The notes beneath the pieces were generated by a model that was not told the origin of the DNA, searched no databases, and saw only the letters and a program-made list of their open reading frames with translations. A stretch of 63,217 nucleotides of DNA, the filler included, from Choristocarpus tenellus KU-1152 (lineage: Eukaryota; Protista; Phaeophyceae), in assembly GCA_964200185.2 (NCBI GenBank). It is 12 parts of 12 records of this genome, joined end to end, with 100 filler letters (N's around TTAATTAATTAA, not from the genome) between each part and the next. Parts side by side here need not be neighbours in the genome. Positions count along the whole stretch, not along the records: positions 12,759 to 17,590 come from CAXNAD020012890.1; positions 17,691 to 23,531 come from CAXNAD020009625.1; positions 23,632 to 26,772 come from CAXNAD020022027.1; 9 more parts are not named here. One strand, 5' to 3'. Numbering within the stretch: the stretch's first letter is position 1; the number at the start of each line of letters is the position of its first letter. Both the position numbers and the translations under genes were made by a program. Positions 12,966 to 23,692 of this stretch are shown here, piece after piece.

Positions 12966-13404
12966 CGTTGGCAATTAGCCTCTCTTCTGTTTGGTTGAAC
13001 TCCATGTAGATTCGCATGGTGAAAGCGTGCTTGGGATCAAACAATCTCTTCAGCATTGTTACTCAATGGTTTCCGTCTAAGACTCGCCCTTCAATGGCAA
13101 GGGCCGTTTCGGCGTTCAGTTTATCCACATTACCCAAAATTTCTCTCTGGATGCAAACACTCGGGGCAAACTGTTCAAGCCAGCCTTTCTTATTTATTGA
13201 ATTCATCACGCCCGCAAGGCCAAGCTCGCTCAAAGGACGCACCATATCTGTGCATGTGACGTTTGTGAGTTCCATCTTAAACGACCCCAGATAATTTTCA
13301 TCCAATAGGCAGGACATGCCAGTAGGGGGTAGGTCCTGGCTTCTGGATTTCAAACTTTTCCCATCGGCGGGCGGGTGGGTTGCTGTTCTTGAAATATTCG
13401 ACAT
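12966..13404 (-). pseudogene. ParB/Sulfiredoxin-like N-terminal domain gene, exon 1, copy 1 (premature stop)
   Basis: MSNI...MVRPLSELGLAGVMNSINKKGWLEQFAPSV...RVLDGNH*VTMLKR...EERLIAN followed by a GT donor. TGA at 13063-13065 replaces the Arg of DGNHR. Collinear with the copy at 46977-47415. Confidence 0.6.
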
Positions 13405-14130
13405 GACAAAGATTGGGTTAGTGTGATGGGGATGGGTAAGTAAGAGGTCTGCTTGGTATGTATGGAAGGGAATGAATTGAATTGAGGACTGGGGGATGGT
13501 AGGTGCTGTTTTATGTTGTCTGGTCTGTCGATCCTCAAAACTCAGATTGCACATTTTTTATGAGAATTGCGTTACAAAAATACGAATATCAAACAACATA
13601 GGATTTCATATTGAACTGGGACAGAGGGTGTCCGTATTTTCGTGACCTTTTCGGCCTACTATCATGTTTTGAACGTATGAGATCAATGAAGGATGTGGTT
13701 TGTATCCGTATTTGTTGGTGTAAAGATTAGAATACCATTATACTTTTGGAAAAACCCTACCGCACATGTTCTGAGTGTTCAACGGTATTACTGCTAACCA
13801 GCAAGCAGGAATACGATAGATCCGCTTTTTTATGTTATGTAGTGTTTATTTAAACCCTAAAGACGCCAAGAAGTGGGTTTAAGGTTTATTTAAATAGTGG
13901 ATACCAGTTGGAATGACTTCTTAGGTTTTCTGAAATTGGAAACGTGTGAGACCCCTGAAATTCGTTCTTGATATAGAAAAACCCTAAGCACGGTTTTCAG
14001 TGGGTTTAGTATTTAAAAAAACCCTAACGCACGTGTAAAGTGACTCATAGTGAATAAGTGCTAAGTGGTTAGTACGTTTACGTAAAGTGGCTCTTATTAT
14101 CGACTTGCACGTTTATGACAATCGCTATGT

Positions 14131-14672
14131 GATTCAAAGTATCTTAGAGGTTAGGGTCGAGTCTGAGTGAAAGTATCTTAGAGGGTACGCGTTTTGCCCT
14201 GTTTCTCCATTATTTGAAGCTTGGCTTCCCGTGGGGTTTTTTGTGACACTTTCCTACTCCAAAATGTTTTGGAGTAGTAGGTAAAATGTAAATGTTATGA
14301 AAAACTGTGTCCAGAACATGGACATTGATACTTCCTAACAAACAAGATGACCAAAATTATGTCCAAAACACAATGTTGGATTTTGACTCCTAAACGACCG
14401 CTACTCTACCCTCTAAGATACTTTGGTTCTCTGTTGTCTGTTTGGGGCAAATTCCAATTTTGCGATTTTGATTAAATTTTGTCTGTTGTGTATGTTCAGG
14501 AGAGTCAATATCCTTGTTCCATACACCCCTTTCCACAACATAATAAATATTTCACCTACTACTACTCTAAAAAATCTCGGAGCAGGAAAAAATTATTTTA
14601 GAAGAACATGTGAGGCCAAGCCCCAAACGGACAAACAGGGCAAAAGTCATACCCTCTAAGATACTTTCGCTC
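14131..14672 (+). mobile_element. MITE family 1, outer copy, with a second copy nested inside in opposite orientation (14165-14429)
   Basis: The left TIR at 14131 is interrupted after ~34 bp by a complete reverse copy. The outer copy resumes at ~14435 and ends at 14672. Confidence 0.8.
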
Positions 14673-14754
14673 ATCATGTCCGATTCGGTAAGGTTTTGTA
14701 CTTCAAATACATAGATAGAGGGTTGGAGTTGTTTTTTGACTAACCCTGGTTACT

Positions 14755-15300
14755 GTAAATTGGAAACATACAAGATAAATTAAGTATGTGATTAATATCT
14801 TGAAAAATATAAATCACTACTGATATAATTATATTTTTTAGAAATGGAAATCATGGATATAATCTGATTTACAATTTCTGAAAAATGTAACGCACGGATT
14901 TTCGGGATCGGTGGGATGGAAAGGGTGGTCCCACCGATCGCCCGAGGATGAAACAAAGTTGATTTAGGAACATTGGCAATGTACCATAACAACTAAGTAT
15001 GTGTTCGGTATCTTACAAAAATACAAACACTGATATAATTGGATTTTGAAAAAATAGAAATCACGGATATAATCCGATTTACAACTCCTGAAAAATGTAC
15101 CGCAATTTTCAGGATCGGTGGGATCGAAAGGGTGGTCCCACCAATAGCCCGAGGACGAAACAAAGTTTACTTCGGAACATTGGAAATGCACAATAACAAT
15201 CGAGTATGTGTTTGGTATCTTAAAAAATACACTGATATAATTGGAATTTTTAAAAATAGAATTCGCGTATATAATCTGATTTACAACTTCTGAAAAATGT
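14755..15300. repeat. Tandem repeat with ~200-210 bp unit (~2.7 copies) containing palindromic hairpins
   Basis: AAAAATGT recurs at 14881, 15091 and 15293 with matching upstream context. The inverted repeat GATCGGTGGGA/TCCCACCGATC lies at 14906-14939, with a variant at ~15113-15152. Confidence 0.8.
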
Positions 15301-15309
15301 CCCCTCGCG

Positions 15310-17310
15310 TTGCCCCCACACCAGCCCGCCAACAATGATGCGCTGGAGCTTCATGCCAATGACGCTTCAGTGACCGGCGCCAAGCTTCGACTGGGGTGGG
15401 TTGAACCCATCCCAGTCAACGAACAGGATGATGAGTGCTGCACGCACTTAGCCTGTGTGCAGAATTTCGCGGCAGATGGCGAGTCCTTCATTGCACGCAC
15501 CTTGGTCAAAGAACAGGACATCATCAGGGCGTGTGACAACCGTCAAGATCGCAAGGAGTTCGTTTTGGATCGTGTACCTGTGGTTAAGTTGGGATCTGGA
15601 TGTGGATCTATGCTCGTGGCCGGCATTCCCGTCTGTACGATGTTTTTCAAGGCATCGTTCGGGATATCCAATCATGTCATCGATGCCTGCAAAGGTACAC
15701 CTAACACAAGAGCATCCGCCAGCATGAAGAGGTGGGTTTGAAGTATGTCCACAGTGTCACTTGTACCAAGGTCTTGTTCCCCCCTACTTGAACACACAAT
15801 AATAGTAGTCCTATCCGAGAACAATGTGATCCGACCGTACTCACCCGGTTCATTTTGCAGTTACCATGCCTAGATGTTTGATATACAAAGATATAGATCC
15901 CTTCGGCGTGGAGTAATGACTGACCTATGTATGTATATGCACGTGCGATACATTTTTCATGTTTCAACAATATCATCTCGTCCGACCATCCCCGTGCTGC
16001 TGCATCATATACCACGCCTAAATATATACAGATTATATGATCCGCTCCTGGCATACGATACCTCTAGGATTCCATCCCCCGTCCCTCGTATCCACCTCCA
16101 ACACATATCCCATCCATTCATATACATACGTGTGCAACTACAACAGGAAGAGCACGAACAAAGATAAGGACAAGGGTCCGAAGCGAGACCTGGTGATGTC
16201 CTGGATAGACTACTGGGCTGATACATACGGGCAGTTCATGCATCACAAGTCAATAATTGTGCTCTACGCCGCGAACAAACAGGTCGGTTTTCCCCTTGGT
16301 TGTGGAGAGGTTGGCTGCACCCTGTTGTGTTGGAGTTAGATGCTAACCGTATGACCCGGCAGTACGTAGAAAAGGTGGATGCAAGTAGTGTATCGAGTGG
16401 TGGATGTTCATTATTACCGTGATTGGTTTGATATTATGGTTAAAAGAACATGTCAAGATTCATACAAAGTGCTATCCTTTTTGTTTGCTCTGTCCATGTA
16501 ACAATATTCATTATGATACTCGTTGTCGATTTTATGAAGGAAGACACAATAAATGTTATTTCAACGCCGAGCACACATACTCTGCGGCCGCGGACCCGGT
16601 CTGAAATTGGTAGGAAAAGTGTGTACTTCGTACGTAGAAAGTGCTTCGCGACGATGATGATGATGACGGTAGATTCGCCTCCTTTGTCGCGTCTGCAAAC
16701 GGCAGCGACCCTCGAACCGAATGACGCTCATGGCAGATTTATTTGGATCATTGTATTTGCCCTTTCGTAACGCATGATGTAAGCTTGCTTGATCCTGTCA
16801 AATATATACAACTATTATTTATACAAAAAAATATATACTACTATTATACAAATATATACTACTGTAACACAAATATATACTACTGTTATACAAATATATA
16901 CTGCTATACAATATATATACTACTATACAAATATCCGCGTTCTCAGTAAATGTATTTGTCAGTCCGCCTTCGAGAGATGTTGCAGGGGTGTTCTTCGAGT
17001 GTTCCTTCTCAATACCTCCTCACTTGCCCACACAACCAACATTTTTAATTAAGAGCTATACAAGGATTTTTGCAAAGAGGCAATACGGGTGTATCCTGAT
17101 GACCCTTCCAAGCGGGTAAGCAAGGAGTACTTCCTCCGATTGCTAAGAGAGGACAGGCCCAACATCCGGGTGAGGGTAGGAGGCGAGTTTATGAAATGTG
17201 ACATATGTGTCATGTTAAAAGAGAAGCGGCACGGTGCGCCCGGTGTAAAACCCACGAACGACTCCACCGTCCTCGAGTCCATCGATAAGAAGCTGTCAGA
17301 CCATTGACAG
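15310..17310 (+). pseudogene. Sola1-like / DUF7869-type DDE transposase, N-terminal exons, degenerate
   Basis: Exons ~15325-15731 (CCTHLAC..F...VCTMFFKASFGIS), 16147-16282 (WIDYWADTYGQFMHHK) and ~17053-17310 (LYKDF...SKEYFLRLLRE..PNIRVR..EFMKCDIC). The first junction is phase-compatible. The third exon has a mutated acceptor and an in-frame TGA at 17305. The Cys motifs resemble the N-terminal half of Sola1-related transposases, but the catalytic core is not in the contig. Confidence 0.5.
16830..16934. repeat. AT-rich imperfect ~21-bp minisatellite in the transposase-like intron
   Basis: About 5 AATATATACTACTGTTATACA-like units. Confidence 0.75.
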
Positions 17311-17833
17311 GTAGGTGTCCAGCGTTAATTTTGCAACAAGCATACAGTGGCGAAAGGTCGCCGTCATTGCCCTCCGTTTTGAAGTAAATCCGTATCCTTT
17401 TGCGAATGAAGACTCCCACGTAGGTGTTTGTGGCAGCAGCAGTAGCCTCACTCACCACAAAACTTGCTGTTATTAGCTGCCCAAACACCTTGTAAGACAG
17501 ACTGCCTCCTGATAGTGTACCATGGGCTGTGGGAGGGACAGGTCATGTAGTGGTCTTCCGGCCCGGTACGTGCGTACTTCCTACCATCCCNNNNNNNNNN
17601 NNNNNNNNNNNNNNNNNNNNNNNNNNNNNNNNNNTTAATTAATTAANNNNNNNNNNNNNNNNNNNNNNNNNNNNNNNNNNNNNNNNNNNNACAGAGCAAC
17701 TCCTCTAAAGCAATAGCAGACACAAAGATTTTTTTGCATTAGTAAGGGGGGGGTCCAATCACAAGCATATGCCCACATAGATGATGCAGGGGAGAGGGAA
17801 GGAAGGGGAAGAGGGGGGGGGGTGATATCCCAC

Positions 17834-18336
17834 CTTCACAGCAACAAAATTCTTATTAAGAATTTTGGCAACCGCCAAACTCTCAAAGCTCTCCCTCTCC
17901 ATCACATGGCACCTTGAACACAAACAGGATGTCGATAGGGGGGGGGCATGGTTGTCTATCAATCATGGTCAGAGTGGACAAAATTTTGAGCAGGGAAAAT
18001 CTATCTCTTTGAGAGGGCACCCGGACAAGCTGGGGAATAACTGCAGGATTGCAGGACCGTAAATTGATCTACCCTCGAGCCATGAGCCATGAGCCTTGAA
18101 AGATACACCATGCATGTATGGTGTCCCTTGCAAGCCTACCAGTGGCAAGTGCTGTACCCCACGCTAAGGAAGATAGGTTTATCTTCATTCTTGGCCTTGG
18201 TGAAGGCCTCCTCCCCCCATGGCAGCCAGGCAACAGGATTATGGGCATGCTGAAGAAGATACGGGGAGGTTTCTGTCCCCAGTCGATTCGTCGGCTCAGC
18301 ACCCATTCCGTCCTTCGCCTTAGTTGACAGGTCCAT
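17834..18336 (-). CDS. SPATA20: SPATA20 / YyaL (thioredoxin-like DUF255 N-terminus), first two exons; gene truncated by the contig edge
   Basis: Exons 18140-18336 and 17834-17912 (GT-AG, phase 2) splice to ...[76 protein letters not shown], the canonical family signature. Confidence 0.92.
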
Positions 18337-19127
18337 CGCTATTACCCGCCGCGGGAGTCGCTGAGTACCTGTACAATATCGACCTTTACGGAGAGAATGT
18401 TAAGCAAGCCGCACATCGTCCGATAATAAATGGGTGAGATCATGGAGAAGGAGGAGGGCAAAGAGGGTGCGAAGAGGATACGTTCAATTGAGGGTGGAAG
18501 CAGTCTATAGCCGTGGTCATTCAGCTTCGAGAGCCTTAGGGATGTCCCAGTGCAAGCGATGATTTTTCCGAATATTCTAGAGCCTAGGAATGATCGTAAG
18601 CGCTAGGTCGAGATCGCAAGGAGACATGGGAACGTTGAAGGCGCGTGGGTTGCAAGCCATGTTTGAAAAATATACCTGGTGCAGACAGTTGGATTCCAGA
18701 ACAACCTGAAGTCACTCTGTTTCTAATCAATGAACCGGAAAGTGAATCACACACAGGTAATCCCTGCTGAATCAGAATGCATAGCGTAGCCCTGAGCATG
18801 TCAGCATGAACTTGTTCGAGGACAGTGTTAACGTTCTCTATAATCCCAATTGAAAGTTCAATGAGATGATACGAACTGATGGGGAGATAAAGTTATCCCG
18901 GAGTTATCCCGGTTCAATCCAAACTTGAAAACAATAATGTAGAAATATACATAATTTTCATACATTTAATGGTACAACTACCTTTCGCCCTCTTCTTGGA
19001 TTGTTTGGTCACAACTTTTGATGTAGACGTCGGATTTTTTCTTAAAAGCACAATCGTGATACCCGTCACAATGCCCTCCAGAGTACGGGGTTTGTTTTTT
19101 TGTACGATTTTTTTTTTTTAAGAGCGC

Positions 19128-20350
19128 TCATATTGGGGTTCGAACCATGGATTGTAGGTCACCAAGAGTGGCAACAGATGCACTAATAGTACTTGATTGG
19201 AAGTATACTTGTTTAGGTGAGAAAAAAGCCTCCCCACCATTTCTTCCTGTGTGTTCGCGCACCCACTCTTTGACCTCGGCAAGGATCTCCTCGTCGAGAC
19301 CCAGAACGAAACACCTCTCATAGCGCCCTTGCTCCGACACCTTGATGTGGCCCTTAGTTAGGAAGTATCTCTCCCATTTACTCACAGTTTCCGACCTGAC
19401 CATAGCATATCCTGTTGCCACCTCAAGCGCCGTTTGATGGTCTTTCCAGTCGTTCATACACAGGTACAGGATTCGTAGTGTCAGAGCCTTTGTTATCGCA
19501 TTTCCTCGTTGAGCGCCGGAAATGGCCGTCGTCCCTGTTTCCTGGGCAGGTGATATTTTATCAAGGTGCAAGGGCGAGCGAGGACAGGCTTGAGTTGATA
19601 GAAAATTGTGTTGATTTCTCGAATGAATGCAGGCGGGGAGAAAGGCTTAATCAACTTTTACGTCCAACCCTAAGTCCAGGAACAAAAGTGAATGCATGAA
19701 ATCTTACGATACCTTTCACACCAAACCACCAGTGTCCAGATAGTCTCAATCTCACCTCCTCTTATTCCCTGGTGTCCTCATCGATGGGTACCTCCACCTG
19801 CTTCACACGACCTCCTCGAAGTAAAGGATTTGGTGGTAGCGAAACATATCCGTAGCTGCCTTTGTTACGATCGCTTTCTCCTCCACTGTGCGAGCCCTTT
19901 CAACCTTCTTTCGGGATTCAGAGCCCTTGTAGCCCAACCCTAACACCTTCTTTCTCGTTTCCTTAAGCCACTCCAGCTCGCATAGCTTCCAAACAGCCAG
20001 GGCCTGCTGCAACACTGAGTATCACTCAGTACTTGTTTTCTGTCGCCTCTCCAAGCGTAGATCCAGGGGGCAGAGTGGCCTCGGCGGCTCTCCTTGTCTC
20101 ACTATCGTGGTCCATGTTGCTGTGTGGGTCACCCGTGTGTGTGCCCACAGCCTTTCTGCAAATGGCACTAAAAAGGTGTCCGCAAATCTTGCCTTTTTTC
20201 GGTATTGCCACAAGCATAGTGGTTGGGTGGCGACCTAATCCGCATTATATTTTTGGGGGGAATTCAGCCAACCACTTCATTTTTGTAACGTTTCAGGTTG
20301 TGACCATCAAAATTGCGCCAGAGATGTTCCTCCGCGTTTTTGTCACTGTT
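19128..20350 (-). mobile_element. Degenerate DNA-transposon remnant, possibly an IS630/Tc1-mariner-related transposase N-terminal region
   Basis: Broken ORFs including TVSKWERYFLTKGHIKVSEQGRYER...DEEILAEVKEWVRE, which resembles the HTH region of Tc1-related transposases. A CAGTG-type end lies near 20348. No catalytic core seen. Confidence 0.35.
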
Positions 20351-22254
20351 TGATTGGGGCATCGCTCCTGTTCACCGTGAAGTTTTACATTCGTGCATAC
20401 AAACCTTCAAAAGCTCCCATTGTGATAGCTTTCATCTGATATATTTAAATATATTGCTTAGTACTTCTTGTGACAATACAGTGAAAAAATTAATGATTGC
20501 TCCAGAGAGGTAAGCTAATTGTATCACTTTATGTAATAGGATGTAATATTGTAGTGTTGTGAATTGATAGAACAAATTACATCAAGTTCACGGTGGAAAG
20601 GTTCGGGCACCTCTTGGCAAGCAACGCGCGTTTTATGGTGGAGACATCAGGTAGATGGGCAAGGAGGGTCCTGTCAGATTCTTGGGATACTTCCCTAGCT
20701 CCTCGCCCTGTGGTGTAGGGCTAAGCTAGGTTGGAGACATAGCAGGGGAGTGGTGTAGCAAAGCTGGTAGTCAAATAGTAAATAGCTTGTAGAAAGATAT
20801 CGCTCACATTTACGATAACTGTTACTTTTACAGAGGTTCCTATGATATTGAATTGACCTTACCCTTGACATATCTTCAAAACATCAGAGGGCATAATAAT
20901 ATATAGAATAAATTAGTAAAACTTGGTATGTCAGTAGAGTTTTTCGATTTAGTATAATGTCGTACTTGTCTTGAACAACAATACTCTCATGGTGTTGGGT
21001 TAGGCAAGGATGGAGTAAACTCCTCCATACATTCTGTACATAGCAAGCTATAAACCCAAACAAAGGAAACGCGTTACGCGTAGGTTCCTTCTGGAGCGAC
21101 GACGCTCATGGTTGTCATGATACTGAACATACTTGGTCTACTTTGTACTCAGTACCCTTAGCAACCAATGTTCGTAACCGATCTTCCACTCCATTCCATT
21201 GCATATGTACACAACAGTGTAGGCAATATTGATATGACCCCCTTCTACAAACAAAGCGATATCACAATCAAGCAAATGCTCCTTCTGCAATCAATTTTAC
21301 TAGATGACGTCTCTTTGCCCTTCTCGGGATCCTTAGACCCCAACCCCGCCTACCTCTCAATTGGTTCGGTTCACCATTGCCCCTTTGTTGGTACTCATTG
21401 TTCCAAGTTGAAATTATGCCCTTCTTGAGGTACCAGAAAGTGAGATTTGGAGACGACCGTCCCAATGAAAAGTACTGTTGCAACCTACTTTCTGCCACTC
21501 AAAATAAACAACTGACGGTGTCGTTCAATATCTATGTTTGGGGATGAAGACTTTCCTTCATTGACCCTCCCGACAGGTGGAAAACCTTGGTGGTGGAGGG
21601 TGCAGAATCAACACTCTTCTCAAAACAACCGCAAGAGAGACTGAGGTGGAAATGCGGTCTGCGCTGCAAACATGTTGCTGTTGTTGTGTCTCAGACAACA
21701 CCGAGTTAAACTCACCTACTTGGGATAGTGTAGTGGCTTCTAAAGGATGCAGGTGGTAAATGATGTCAGAAGGGCAATCTTGCTTACAAAGTTGGATATC
21801 TCACTTTGATTATTGCTTTTTTCATTTGATCGAGAATATAAACAGACTAGTAAAAGGAGATATAGGTGGTTTTTCAGTGACCAACTGTTAAATGTGAAGG
21901 CAAAAAGCCCAATAAAAATCTAGGACTTCAAGTCCATGTTGGTGTTTATGAAATTACCGTACAGATCCGCCTTCTGAGACATGCCCCCATTAGTGAAGCG
22001 TACTTGCGCTTCAACACCAAGAACAGGCAATTGGATAAGGAAATAAGATATTTCGCTTCATTGTATCATAAACGCAGCAGGTATGAAATGGATATCATTT
22101 CCAGGTCCTAACATATCAGCGAGTAGTGTTGGGGATCCAGCAGAGGAGAAAGCGTCCAGGAAAACGATGATACATGATAAGTCGTCCCTTTCTTCAACCA
22201 CTTCAGCGACTGTAGTATCAAAATGTAGAATTTAAGTAAGATAGTAGTGGTAGG

Positions 22255-22259
22255 AAAAA
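22255..22259 (-). terminator. RNA polymerase III oligo-T terminator of the tRNA gene
   Basis: TTTTT on the minus strand 2 nt after the tRNA discriminator. Confidence 0.65.
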
Positions 22260-22261
22260 CA

Positions 22262-22343
22262 TAACGACGGCGAGGTTTGAACTCGCGAACCCTGAGGGAC
22301 CGGTGCTTGAAACCGGCGCATTTGACCACTCTGCAACGTCGTT
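22262..22343 (-). tRNA. trnL-CAA: tRNA-Leu(CAA), type II with long variable arm, intronless
   Basis: The minus strand folds as acceptor AACGACG/CGTCGTT, D-arm GCAGAGTGGTCAAATGC, anticodon stem CCGGT/ACCGG with loop TTCAAGC, variable arm and T-arm GCGAG-TTCAAAC-CTCGC. The discriminator is A and no CCA is encoded. Confidence 0.9.
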
Positions 22344-23631
22344 ACGATTATACATGGAGTATTCGATTATTATTCTTGTTCAAACCATAGTAAGTCAGGT
22401 TGGCTTTGATCGTACACTAATTCATAATATTTATACCCTCGTTGCCGCCAGTGCTTAGATAGCGCCTAGTAGCGCTAGAAAAGAAAAAAATTCTACATAG
22501 AACGCTGTAAGGCACCTTCTAGGCCCAGTGCGTCCTAGATATCCGAACTTAGAGGGAGGAGACTGTGAGTGCCTTCGAGTATATATTTTTTTGAGTCAAT
22601 GTAGTTAAGAGGTAGATAAGGTTGCATTTGCAGGATCCTGAGAAAGGAAAAAAAAAGAAATGTAGAATTGCAGAAAGATACTTTGCTAAACTTTGGTGTT
22701 ACATTGTGTATGGAAATTGGAACATCAATTTTGCGGACACTTTTGATTACAAAAAGGAAGGAAATACAATGTGTTGCTCCGGTTCAGAAAAGTGGCTTAG
22801 AATGCAGAAGGGTTCAAACATGCCTATATCTCGATTGTTTCGGCTCTTCTAGTTCTCTTAAGGACGAATCATGCTTGCATGGACAGACTTTCGTCTTCTC
22901 TCTGAAGCCACAGCCTTCATGGGGAATTGCCGGTATTTCAGGCACAGGAATATAGACCAACAGTCAGGAGTTCTAGAGAGCCCGTATGGATAAGAAAATG
23001 AAAAGGGTGTGAAATAGAATCGTTGTGTAGGATGGATTTTGTTATTGTGAGAAGGGTAATAGTATCGTATCACAGGGAATTTATAAGTCACGCAAACATT
23101 GTTCACATAACATATATTTGTCATATATCATCGTGCTTAGGATTAATTTGAGCGCATGAAAACAGGGCTGCACCACTTTGTTTTCTGTTAACTTTTCTGA
23201 AGATCCATGCTTGGTCTTGTCCAGGTGTCTGTCCTGCAGATAATGTTCAAAGCTCCCAGCACTGTATAGAATCCCTCTTAGTACTTGCTGCCTCAACAAT
23301 TGGCTAGAATTGATTTAAAGCATGTCCTATAAGCACATTACTTTTCGGTGAGGGTTATATACTTTGGAGTATCATATTCCAAGTGCTCAGAAATCATGCG
23401 TCATATCCATATGTGAGACCATTCCATTATGTGTGTCTTAACGTAATATGTGGGTGGCCGAAGTGAGGAACCCATTTCCTTGTGCCCGTTTAAGCTCAAA
23501 GTATGTGGGGGGGGTGACAGCTGTCCATTTGNNNNNNNNNNNNNNNNNNNNNNNNNNNNNNNNNNNNNNNNNNNNTTAATTAATTAANNNNNNNNNNNNN
23601 NNNNNNNNNNNNNNNNNNNNNNNNNNNNNNN

Positions 23632-23692
23632 CGCAACATTGGATTTTGGCCTCCAAATGGACGCGGCCTTACCCTCTAAGATACTTTGGCTC
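23632..23692 (-). mobile_element. MITE family 1 terminal fragment at contig start
   Basis: ...CCAAATGGACGCGGCCTTACCCTCTAAGATACTTTGGCTC. Confidence 0.75.

Noticed and set aside
12966-13404. ParB-like gene as bacterial/plasmid contamination or a giant-virus insert
   Set aside because: It has a conserved spliceosomal donor and lies among host MITEs and LTRs; no parA, replication or viral hallmark genes are nearby. A remote viral origin is not excluded.
15039-15293. ORF similar to ORF 48173-48550, suggesting a conserved small protein
   Set aside because: The similarity is explained by the underlying non-coding tandem repeat; frames and stops are not conserved between units.
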